In this document: positions 17,443-25,566 of the stretch, one piece after another | Layout of the letters: each line of letters begins with the position of its first letter | Position numbering within the stretch: position 1 is the first letter of the stretch | IMG/VR virus record: IMGVR_UViG_3300048606_000018 | Coordinates: 1-49,450 of that record | Origin: a virus | Lineage: Duplodnaviria; Caudoviricetes | Direction: 5' to 3' (one strand) | Length of the DNA stretch: 49,450 nt | The notes under the pieces: model-generated | The model's input: the letters and a program-made list of their open reading frames with translations, nothing else | What the model was told of the DNA's origin: nothing | Database searches by the model: none | Made by a program: the position numbers and the translations under genes

Positions 17443-17655
17443 ATGAGTGAAACCCTTGCCACGTCCCCTCGCTTGCCCGGTGAAGCCGAGACCGTCGAGC
17501 TTAGGCTTGCCGACATGATCGAGAGTGGCGATGTATATATCTCCGGCTACCGGGTCTCGGAATCCGACCGAATGCGCATCGTCACCGCGTTGCGCGAAGC
17601 CGACTTGGTTTACAAAGAGCGCTTCGCTCTTGGGCAATCGTCGAAGGAGGGATAA
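17443..17655 (+). CDS. Hypothetical protein
   Basis: In operon; AAGG RBS. Confidence 0.55.
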   Translation: MSETLATSPRLPGEAETVELRLADMIESGDVYISGYRVSESDRMRIVTALREADLVYKERFALGQSSKEG

Positions 17656-17844
17656 ATGAAGACCAAATACAAGGTCACGCTGCGGCGCGTCGCTACAGGC
17701 GAGGAACACACCCGACTAGCGATTGGCGTGAGCAAAGAGGCCGCTGGAAACCGCGCAATTGAGAAGGCGCGCGGATCTCTGGAGACGATGGCCGAGCGGA
17801 AGTACGAGAAATTCGAGGTCGTGGCCTGCGAGCCGCAGTCTTAG
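17656..17844 (+). CDS. Hypothetical protein
   Basis: AGGAGG RBS. Confidence 0.6.
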   Translation: MKTKYKVTLRRVATGEEHTRLAIGVSKEAAGNRAIEKARGSLETMAERKYEKFEVVACEPQS

Positions 17845-17862
17845 AATGAAGAGGACACCCGA

Positions 17863-18354
17863 ATGAGCAAACCCTACAACAAGGGCAAGGGGAAGACGAT
17901 CGACTTCCTTCGTGCGCTCCTTGTGGATGCACCAGCGGAATGCGTGAAGTGGCCGTTCTGTACGGATGGCTCAAATGGCTATGGCAGAATAGGCCACCTC
18001 GGCAAGAGCTACTGGGCACACCGCCTGATGTGCATTCTGGTGCATGGCGATCCCCCTGGGCCGTCTTACGATGCCGCCCATTCGTGCGGAAATGGGCACA
18101 AAGGCTGCGTAAATCCGCGGCATCTCTCGTGGGCTACGAGGGGGCGCAATCAACTAGACCGGCGCTCTCACGGCACCAAATCTATCGGCGGCTGGAAGGG
18201 GCATCCCAAGCTAACGCCCGCTCATGTGCTTCACATCAGAACGATGAAGGGACGGCAAACTCAAGTCTCGCTCGCCGCCCAATTTGGAGTCACCGATGCC
18301 ACAATACGGGATGTCCAGTCTGGAAAAAGCTGGCGTCATCTATTGTCAAACTGA
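17863..18354 (+). CDS. HNH endonuclease (HNH_3-like) with a C-terminal HTH
   Basis: GYGRI..AHRLM..AAHSCGN..CVNPRHLSWAT..N..D. Confidence 0.88.
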   Translation: MSKPYNKGKGKTIDFLRALLVDAPAECVKWPFCTDGSNGYGRIGHLGKSYWAHRLMCILVHGDPPGPSYDAAHSCGNGHKGCVNPRHLSWATRGRNQLDRRSHGTKSIGGWKGHPKLTPAHVLHIRTMKGRQTQVSLAAQFGVTDATIRDVQSGKSWRHLLSN

Positions 18355-18578
18355 ATTCATTTTCAAGAGATCAACCTAGCCATCGCCCCGGTGTCGGCTC
18401 TGGTACAGCGCGAGCCCCATGAACATGGCAATCAGCGCAATCCAGAATAGCGGGATGAGGATGTCCATCTACTTTGGCTGGCGCCGCTCAACCGTATCAG
18501 CCAATCGGTTTATATGCGCTGTAAGCCGCTGTTCCATATCCTTGAGGGAGTCGCGGTCAACGTACTCCGAGGCAATCG

Positions 18579-18743
18579 TCACAGCCGGCCGAGTAACAGC
18601 AGCACCACGAGGATGATCACGACGAGCCCGAGCCCGCCGCCGCCGTAGTAGCCGGTGCCGTAGAAACGGCCACCGCCGAGCCCAGAAAATCCCCCGAGCA
18701 GGATCACAATCAGAATAATGAGTAGGATTGTCCCGAGAGACAT
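18579..18743 (-). CDS. DUF3309-like small membrane protein
   Basis: Manual translation MSLGTILLIILIVILLGGFSGLGGGRFYGTGYYGGGGLGLVVIILVVLLLLGRL; AGGAGG RBS. Confidence 0.8.
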   Translation of the reverse strand: MSLGTILLIILIVILLGGFSGLGGGRFYGTGYYGGGGLGLVVIILVVLLLLGRL

Positions 18744-18752
18744 GGTTGCCTC

Positions 18753-18983
18753 CTATGGCTTGCGGATATCGTCTGCGACTTGATCCGCCTTGCCCTGCTT
18801 AACGCCCTTTTCGTACTCGGCTTCGCCCGTGACCTTGGTCAGCGCCTTCTGAATCCCATTGGTGTTGACCACCAGTTGGTTAATCGATGAGGCGTTCCTT
18901 CGTTGCCCCACGTAGGACACCACCGACATGATCGCGGTTATCAGCAGGCCGATGCTCATTATCAACTGCGCAAGCTCGCCCAT
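18753..18983 (-). CDS. Single-TM lysis-cassette protein (holin or antiholin candidate)
   Basis: N-terminal TM; end of the lysis operon. Confidence 0.6.
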   Translation of the reverse strand: MGELAQLIMSIGLLITAIMSVVSYVGQRRNASSINQLVVNTNGIQKALTKVTGEAEYEKGVKQGKADQVADDIRKP

Positions 18984-19193
18984 TCATATGTCCTGATTGA
19001 ATTCGGCAAGCAGCGAATCCAGCAGCGCGTCGGTCTTGTCCACTTCCGCCTGGGTCACGGCACCTTCGCGGGCACCGGTGATCAGGTCTTTGAGAGCCTG
19101 AAAGGCTGGCGCTGCACTCTGCCCGGCCTTGATCAGAACCTCGGCCACCGTGATGCCCTTCTCGATCAGGGCGAAGATCGCAACCACATCCAT
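18984..19193 (-). CDS. Lysis-cassette hypothetical protein
   Basis: Amphipathic; follows the lipoprotein. Confidence 0.65.
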   Translation of the reverse strand: MDVVAIFALIEKGITVAEVLIKAGQSAAPAFQALKDLITGAREGAVTQAEVDKTDALLDSLLAEFNQDI

Positions 19194-19194
19194 G

Positions 19195-19596
19195 CTACGG
19201 CACCCCCACGTTGTTCTGCGCTGCCGTCGCCCGGAGCCCAGCGATCAGATTGCCAATCGCGTTGTAGACGATGACGGCGTTCACTTGATCGTTCTCCCGG
19301 ACGAACTTCCGCAGCGCGGCGAGCAGAGGCGGGATCTGTCTGGTGTAAACCTGGATCGACCGGATGACGGTCTTGCAACTCGGCGGGATCGTGCCCTGCA
19401 CGCAAGTCTGCCGGTAGGCGTTGAGCGCCGCCACGGCGATGATCGCGCCGTTTTCCATGTCGTAGAGCATGGTCGGCGTCACCGGATTGCTGATCGATGC
19501 CGTCGCGATGTTGGCGACGTCAAGAGCCCGTTGCAGGCTGGCGCAACCAGAAAGGGCGAGCGCGACGACAAGAAGCGCGATAATCCTGCGCATCAA
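19195..19596 (-). CDS. Lipoprotein (spanin candidate)
   Basis: MRRIIALLVVALALSG-C lipobox; in the lysis cassette. Confidence 0.7.
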   Translation of the reverse strand: MMRRIIALLVVALALSGCASLQRALDVANIATASISNPVTPTMLYDMENGAIIAVAALNAYRQTCVQGTIPPSCKTVIRSIQVYTRQIPPLLAALRKFVRENDQVNAVIVYNAIGNLIAGLRATAAQNNVGVP

Positions 19597-19946
19597 GCGG
19601 CCCTCGCCATGCTGGCGGCCGCAGGCGTGCCGGCCGTTACGGTGGTGTTACCATCCATGCTGGCCGATAGATCGCGCCCTTCGGCATTGTTGGTGGTCAC
19701 GATGCCCAGAACCGCCGAGGTCGGATCTTTGGCGATCACGTCGACCTTGCGGATCAGCGACGCGCGGGTCTTGTCGACCACACCCCAGATCATCCCGCCG
19801 AGAATGAACATCGGCCCAATGGCTCCCAGGATTGCGGTGGCCCACGATGCATATTCTGCCGGGGTCATGATCCCGAGCATGGTCAGGATCGAGCCGATCG
19901 CGGGGAGCAGCAGCTTAAGCTGTTCCATCACCTGTTCTTGCGACAT
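19593..19946 (-). CDS. Putative holin
   Basis: Two hydrophobic segments; directly after the endolysin. Confidence 0.65.
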   Translation of the reverse strand: MSQEQVMEQLKLLLPAIGSILTMLGIMTPAEYASWATAILGAIGPMFILGGMIWGVVDKTRASLIRKVDVIAKDPTSAVLGIVTTNNAEGRDLSASMDGNTTVTAGTPAAASMARAA

Positions 19947-19961
19947 TTTTCCGATCTCCGG

Positions 19962-20720
19962 TTAGGTTTGCTTTTCCACATACGCGATCATCGCCGCGAG
20001 CGTGAGCGCTCCAATACTGCCGTCCTCTGCCAATCGCGGATTAGCGCCTGCCGCATTCAGGCGTGCTTGCAGCCACCGCGCATCATGCAGTTCCGTCACC
20101 GGGCCGCCTGGTGCGACGGCGCCAAACGGAACGAACGCGCCGATGTCCGGCCGCGCCGGATTGATCTCGTCGGGATCTGTGTCGAGCCCGGCGATCGTCT
20201 TGGGCAGATGCTGCAGGATGTTCCAGCGCCCCGATGCCTTGAAGGCGTTGAAACCGGACCAGCCCGTGGCGTTCGCCAGCCACGCAAGCTCAACGAGGCC
20301 GGCGTCCAACAGCGCGGCGCACACGGACCCAGGACCATAGACGCCGATGCGGTATTGAGTGCCGATCACGGCCTTGATGGACCGGAAATAGGGGACGATC
20401 TGGTTCTGGATCTCATTCCCAGGCTGATCGGAGTCGACCGCGAAGTACATGGCCGATCCGAACGGTTGCCCGATCAGCGGCGCCTTGCGGATGTACTCTT
20501 GCGCATGTGCGATACCCAATGCGCTGCTGAGCTCGTTCTTGGTGTCGCCCCAAGCTTCGTAAACGGTCGCCAGCAGGATGCCGGCGTTTGCGATCGCGCG
20601 AGCTTCCGAAGCGGTGATCGATTTGTCAGCCGTGGCGATATAGCGAATGAGGTGGGTGTAACCGAGTTGCTTGAGCTGATCGAGCTTGCCGGTCGTGTTG
20701 TGATTGGTGTCGAGGATCAT
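19962..20720 (-). CDS. Endolysin, DUF1906/GH25-like with C-terminal peptidoglycan-binding domain
   Basis: HLIRY..VYE..MYFAVDSD..IGVYG; WLQARLN..LAEDGSIGALT. Confidence 0.85.
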   Translation of the reverse strand: MILDTNHNTTGKLDQLKQLGYTHLIRYIATADKSITASEARAIANAGILLATVYEAWGDTKNELSSALGIAHAQEYIRKAPLIGQPFGSAMYFAVDSDQPGNEIQNQIVPYFRSIKAVIGTQYRIGVYGPGSVCAALLDAGLVELAWLANATGWSGFNAFKASGRWNILQHLPKTIAGLDTDPDEINPARPDIGAFVPFGAVAPGGPVTELHDARWLQARLNAAGANPRLAEDGSIGALTLAAMIAYVEKQT

Positions 20721-20730
20721 GATGCAGCCC

Positions 20731-23025
20731 TCAGAAGTGGTGCGAGTTGTCGGTGGCGCCGCCAGGCAACGCGACCGTGCCGGGGTTCTGGATCAGCGTG
20801 TGACTGTCGATGTCACCGCAGACCTGGATATTGTTGGCGCCGTTCGGGAGTTCGAGCTTTGAGATGGCGATCCATGTGGTGGCGGCCGGCGCGGCGCACG
20901 CAAACGTGGTCTGCATGAAGAAGACCAGGCCGGTGTTGCCGCCAATGTCCGGCGACAAAATATTCAGATGGTGTATTCCGCCTTCGCCGGCGACGGCTGG
21001 ATCCCACCCGATGAAGTTGACCGTGGGGACGGACCAGAACACGGCGTTGAACGTAAAGCTTCCGTTGGTGCCGCCGCCGAACCGCTGCCAATAGTGGACC
21101 GTCGTGCCGGTGCCATCGCTCGGCAGGAAGGCCGTGCCGTTGTAATTGAAGCCCTCGTTGTTGGTGTAGTAGACCGCGTCGGTATCGCACACGCATTGGA
21201 TCGATCCGCCATTCGACGTGAGGACGCCGGTCGTGACCGCGATGAACCCGGCGTTGTTGCTGATGAAGCCCGCACCAAACCCGGCCGGGAAGTCGATGAA
21301 GTTGCAGTTGTTGAGCAGGATCGAGTTGTTGCCGGGGTTGGCGACAGTCAGGGTCTGATAGTCGCTGGCAATTGCCCAGGTGTTGATGCCGTTGAGCACC
21401 ATCACGGCGGTGCGCAGGCTCGGGTTTGCGGCGGCCAATCCGTTCTTGCGCTGGTACCACGTCGAATTGGTGCACGACATGCCACCGGCACCCATGCTGC
21501 CAGAGCCGCTCCAGCTGACGCCGTAAGCGTACAGGTGAGCCTTGGCACTCTGGGCGTCGATGTTCACGCCGTTGAAGTGGATGCCCGACACGACGTCGCC
21601 GGCGTAGCCGCTGACGCCGGCTGTCAGGAACAGGATGTCGGGGATCGTGGCGCCGTCATACTCGACCTTGAAGTTTTCAAACCGCACATTCTTCGCGCCC
21701 GACAGATCCCACCAGATGTGGTTCGTCGTGGAGAAGCCGATCGGCTTGATCAGGCTTTGATCGCCATTACCGCGAACGGTGATGCCGTCTTTCTTCGTGG
21801 CGTTGATGGCGCCCACGCGGTAGCACTTGCCCGCAGCGACCGGCGGGACATAGACCACGCCGGAACCGCCTGCTGCTGCGGCAGCGGTGACGGCGTTCTG
21901 GAATGCGGTGGTGTCGTTGGCCACACAATCGCCCACTGCCCCGAAGGCGATGACGCTGGTCACCTGATAGCCGCCCGAACATGGCGTCGCTGCATCCACG
22001 ATGTTGGAGTTAACATCGGCCTGCAGGCAATTGCCGCTCGTAAAGCTGCCGCTCGCGGTCGTGAACACCGTCGTGGTGCCCCTGCGGCTGCCGGAGATAA
22101 ATGAGTTGGTGCCGTTGCCGAGGATGGGGGCATTGGCGGTGAAGTTCTGGCCGCCGGTGCCGCCCTCGATCACGCGTAACGGGCTCTGGATGCCGTAGCC
22201 GGCAAGCGTGGTCGGTGTGCCGGTGATGTTCGCCCAGGCCTGCGATCCTGCGACCGAGGTCGCCGACGTGATGCGCCCGAACGCGTCCACCGTGATCACC
22301 GGGATCTGGCTGCTCGAGCCGTAGCTCCCAGCCACGACGCCGGAGGCCGCCAGCGACGCAGTGCCGACAGACGTGATCGGGCTTGGCGTGCAGACGATGG
22401 GCGACGTGCAATTGAGCACCGACACCCCGGAGCCACCACCGCCGCCACCGGTGCCGAGGTCGTAGACCGCGGTGTTGCCGTTGCCGTCGAAGCCGAGGAG
22501 CTTGCTGGCGCGGGTCGCGGCCGGCGGCAGCGGGCTGAGAACTTCGCCGGGGATGCCCTGCAGCACCCGGTTTTCGAGCAAGTCCCACTGCTCGCGGTTC
22601 TGCGCCACCAGGTCGGTAATCACAACATTGAGGTCGCGCGCCGCGACGCCGCGGTTCTCGCTGAATTGGGACAGCCGCCGCGGACGCCGGGCCCCGACGA
22701 TCTGCACGGTCCCAGTCTGTGCGACCGCGAACGTGATCTGCGCGTTGGTGATCGGGCGGGGGATTGAGGCGAGCGCACCCGTGGGGCTGGTCAGCGTCCA
22801 GCCGGTGGTCACCTGTACGCCGTTGACCCAGACATGGATCCAATCGACGAAGTCTGTACTGTCGCCGTAGATCGCAAACCCTACGGACAGGGGCCCGGTC
22901 TGGCTGCTGAGGACGTAGGCGGTGCGGCGCTCAGTGTCCGGGAGAGCGGGCACAGGCGGCGGCGCCTGCGCAAAGGCCGGCGCCAGCGAAATGGCGAGGA
23001 AAGCGGCTGCAAGGAGCTTGCGCAT
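20731..23025 (-). CDS. Tail fibre/tailspike: signal peptide, T7-fibre-like N-domain, fibre repeats, pectate-lyase-like beta-helix
   Basis: MRKLLAAAFLAISLAPAFA|Q; AARDLN..DL..LPPAATRASKLLGFDGNGN; ITVDAFGRIT, GTPTTLAGYGI; FGAVGD..NDTTAFQNA..VYVPP. Confidence 0.85.
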   Translation of the reverse strand: MRKLLAAAFLAISLAPAFAQAPPPVPALPDTERRTAYVLSSQTGPLSVGFAIYGDSTDFVDWIHVWVNGVQVTTGWTLTSPTGALASIPRPITNAQITFAVAQTGTVQIVGARRPRRLSQFSENRGVAARDLNVVITDLVAQNREQWDLLENRVLQGIPGEVLSPLPPAATRASKLLGFDGNGNTAVYDLGTGGGGGGSGVSVLNCTSPIVCTPSPITSVGTASLAASGVVAGSYGSSSQIPVITVDAFGRITSATSVAGSQAWANITGTPTTLAGYGIQSPLRVIEGGTGGQNFTANAPILGNGTNSFISGSRRGTTTVFTTASGSFTSGNCLQADVNSNIVDAATPCSGGYQVTSVIAFGAVGDCVANDTTAFQNAVTAAAAAGGSGVVYVPPVAAGKCYRVGAINATKKDGITVRGNGDQSLIKPIGFSTTNHIWWDLSGAKNVRFENFKVEYDGATIPDILFLTAGVSGYAGDVVSGIHFNGVNIDAQSAKAHLYAYGVSWSGSGSMGAGGMSCTNSTWYQRKNGLAAANPSLRTAVMVLNGINTWAIASDYQTLTVANPGNNSILLNNCNFIDFPAGFGAGFISNNAGFIAVTTGVLTSNGGSIQCVCDTDAVYYTNNEGFNYNGTAFLPSDGTGTTVHYWQRFGGGTNGSFTFNAVFWSVPTVNFIGWDPAVAGEGGIHHLNILSPDIGGNTGLVFFMQTTFACAAPAATTWIAISKLELPNGANNIQVCGDIDSHTLIQNPGTVALPGGATDNSHHF

Positions 23026-23032
23026 GGGCGCG

Positions 23033-23066
23033 AAGATGCCGCCACCACCAGGGCGGGCAACGCACC
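23033..23066 (-). promoter_or_regulatory. Late promoter, leaderless (GGTGCG-TTGCCC-N16-CATCTT-N7-ATG)
   Basis: Conserved motif; no SD sequence before the tail-fibre ATG. Confidence 0.75.
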
Positions 23067-23067
23067 C

Positions 23068-25566
23068 CTATTTACGCGGCGAGACAAATTCCGGGAACCG
23101 CTCCGGCGACATCTCGCCTGGTCTCCACGTAAATCCTTGGCCCGTATCCCGCCGCAGCCGCATCTCCTGCTCGCGGAAGTATTTGTGGGCCTCGGGGTCG
23201 GCCAGGTACTGCAACTGGTCGATGACCATGCGCTGATACGCCGCGCGGGTGTATGGCAGGCTCGACACCACGGGCACGTTGCGGCCCGCCAGCTTGATCG
23301 CGTCCCGCGCTGCGCTGGTCTTCTTGCCGGTCGCCAGTTTCTGGATGTTGCCGGCCGTCAGCGCCGTCAGGTCCGACGCCAGCGAGATGGTCGGGCCCGA
23401 CAGCTGCTCGCCTACGCTGTGGCCGAAGCGGGTCAAATCCTGGAACAGGAAATCGCCCATCAGGCCGAGCCCGCCGCCCTTGAGCAATGCCGACAGCCAG
23501 AATTTGACGCCCTGCCCCGTGGTCGGGTCCATCGGCTGGAAATCCTTGCCGCCGATCAGGTTGTTGAGTTGCGCCGCCATGGCCCCGCCGAGTGTCAGGC
23601 CGACGAACATGGATCCAGCATAGGCGGCGCCGGCGGCGGCACCCTGGTGGAGCTCCTGCTGCATCGCCTGGATTTGCATGCCGGTGAACGACATGACGAA
23701 CGACTTGAACTGCAGGCCCGAGTTGATCAGTTCGCCCATCACGGTGCCGCGCTTGATGTTCTCGGCCACGATCGCCCGCGACCGCGCCGTCCCGGTCGGC
23801 ACCGCCCGCTCGGTCTCGCCGAGGATCATCTCCAGGTAGCGCAGTTTCAGGTCGCGGTTCTTGACGTCGGTGGGTTGCAGGTAGCCGGCCGAGCCTTCCG
23901 CGGGTGACCACAGGTCGGTCTTGCGGAGCGCGTTCCAGTCCTTCTCGTTGAAGCCATAGCGCTCGAATGCGCGGCGGCCGTATTCGTTCTTGGCGCCGAA
24001 CTCGTCCCATGTCTGCCCGGCGTGGTCCGCCACCATGGCCTGGAAGTCGAGGCCGAAGCGGCTCTTGCGCGCCTGCGTGATCGCCTCGAGGCCGTTGAGG
24101 TTCACGGTGCGGTCGGCCAGCCAGCGGGTGGTCTCGCCGCCGCCGAGCGTGCCGGCATAGCGAGCCTCGCTGCCCATGATGTGCAGGAAGTCGTCGAGGC
24201 CGAGCCCGGAGCGGATCGCCTGCTCGCGGGTCTGGCCGTTCTTGATCGCGTGCACGATGCCGTAGAGCGCGCGCCACTGCGGCAGGCCGTTGAAGTAGCG
24301 AGCCGAGCGGTCGATGAACGGATCGGTGACGGCCGATAGCACCGAGGTCGAGCCCAGGTAGGCCGAGACGAACACGTTGGACACGTCGCCGAACGCCTTG
24401 GCCACGCGCTTCGACACGATCTCGGGGCCCTGCACGGTGTCGTAGACGGCCTGCAGGCGGTTCGCGATGCGGGCGCCGGTGTCGGGCGTGGCCACGCCGC
24501 GCAGCAGCGACGGCTCGCCGATGATCGACTTGCCGGCCTCGCTCTGCAGCACCTGCTTGAGCCAGGTCACGGTGCTGTTCGGATTCGGGCCGAGCACATC
24601 CATGGCGGCAATGTCGTGCGACATGCCGCGGATGTGGTTGAAGATCGCCTTGGCGGGATCGCCGCTGCCGAAGTTCTCGTTGTAGGCCAGCCAGTCGTCG
24701 GCGCTCTTGAAGTGAAAGAACCGGTGCTCGCTGCGCTGGGTGGCGACCGAGCCCATGCCGAACGGCTGCGCCGAGGGCTCACGCTTGTCCCAGCCACCGG
24801 TCACGATGCGATTCCACGACGCCTTGAGCGCCTCGTCGAGCCGTTCCGGGCTCAGCTTGCCGCCGGTCGCGGGGTCGCGCATGCGGTCGATATCGAGCCG
24901 GGGTTTGATGAAGTCGCGCCAGCCCTCGAACTTGGCCGCCAGCACCGCATAGGCGTCGTGGGATTGCGGCATCCAGTTGTCGATCTTGCCGATCGCTTCG
25001 AACCCGGCGCCCTTGTTGAAGTCGGTGCGCCGCGCCTCGAACACGTTGGCGAGCGCGTTGGCCATGCCCTTCGCCTCGGCGCTGCCGGTGTTTTCACCAA
25101 ACGCCTCGCGGACCACGTTCTCCATCTTCGGCTTGTTAAACCGCTCCCCGGTCAGGCGCGATCGGCGGAAATTGCTCAGCAGTTCTGACAAATCAGCCTG
25201 CGACGCACGCGCGATCGCTTCGCCGCGCCCCTTCACCGAGGCCGTCCCGCCGCCGAAGTTCTCCAGCAGGTTGACCGCCGCCTCGAACGCATCGGGCTTG
25301 CCGTCGAGGGTGCGATAGTCGCGCAGGTAGCCGGCGATCCGGTCACGCGCCGCGATCCCGCCGTCGGCGACCGCCTTCTTGACCGCCCCCGCCTCGTCCA
25401 ATTCCTTCGCCAGCGCGGCCTTGGCGCCGGCATCGGCGTCCATGATGCCGCTCGCGCGCTGGGCGTCGACGTGCTCGCGGTAGCGCGACAGCAACGCCTC
25501 GGCCTCGTCATCCTTGAGGAAGCCCTGCGACACCGCGGATCGAATGCAGTCGTCAAAGCCGGCCAT
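23068..25566 (-). CDS. Internal (ejected) virion protein, large
   Basis: 832 aa helical; WMPQSHD, GGGLGLMGDFL motifs; last of the core-protein block before the fibre. Confidence 0.75.
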   Translation of the reverse strand: MAGFDDCIRSAVSQGFLKDDEAEALLSRYREHVDAQRASGIMDADAGAKAALAKELDEAGAVKKAVADGGIAARDRIAGYLRDYRTLDGKPDAFEAAVNLLENFGGGTASVKGRGEAIARASQADLSELLSNFRRSRLTGERFNKPKMENVVREAFGENTGSAEAKGMANALANVFEARRTDFNKGAGFEAIGKIDNWMPQSHDAYAVLAAKFEGWRDFIKPRLDIDRMRDPATGGKLSPERLDEALKASWNRIVTGGWDKREPSAQPFGMGSVATQRSEHRFFHFKSADDWLAYNENFGSGDPAKAIFNHIRGMSHDIAAMDVLGPNPNSTVTWLKQVLQSEAGKSIIGEPSLLRGVATPDTGARIANRLQAVYDTVQGPEIVSKRVAKAFGDVSNVFVSAYLGSTSVLSAVTDPFIDRSARYFNGLPQWRALYGIVHAIKNGQTREQAIRSGLGLDDFLHIMGSEARYAGTLGGGETTRWLADRTVNLNGLEAITQARKSRFGLDFQAMVADHAGQTWDEFGAKNEYGRRAFERYGFNEKDWNALRKTDLWSPAEGSAGYLQPTDVKNRDLKLRYLEMILGETERAVPTGTARSRAIVAENIKRGTVMGELINSGLQFKSFVMSFTGMQIQAMQQELHQGAAAGAAYAGSMFVGLTLGGAMAAQLNNLIGGKDFQPMDPTTGQGVKFWLSALLKGGGLGLMGDFLFQDLTRFGHSVGEQLSGPTISLASDLTALTAGNIQKLATGKKTSAARDAIKLAGRNVPVVSSLPYTRAAYQRMVIDQLQYLADPEAHKYFREQEMRLRRDTGQGFTWRPGEMSPERFPEFVSPRK

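Noticed and set aside
20766-20776. GGTCGCGTTGC near-match to the late motif before the endolysin
   Set aside because: Altered core and no -10-like box at 16-17 nt
20731-23025. Diversity-generating retroelement as in BPP-1-like phages
   Set aside because: No reverse transcriptase and no template/variable repeat pair was seen
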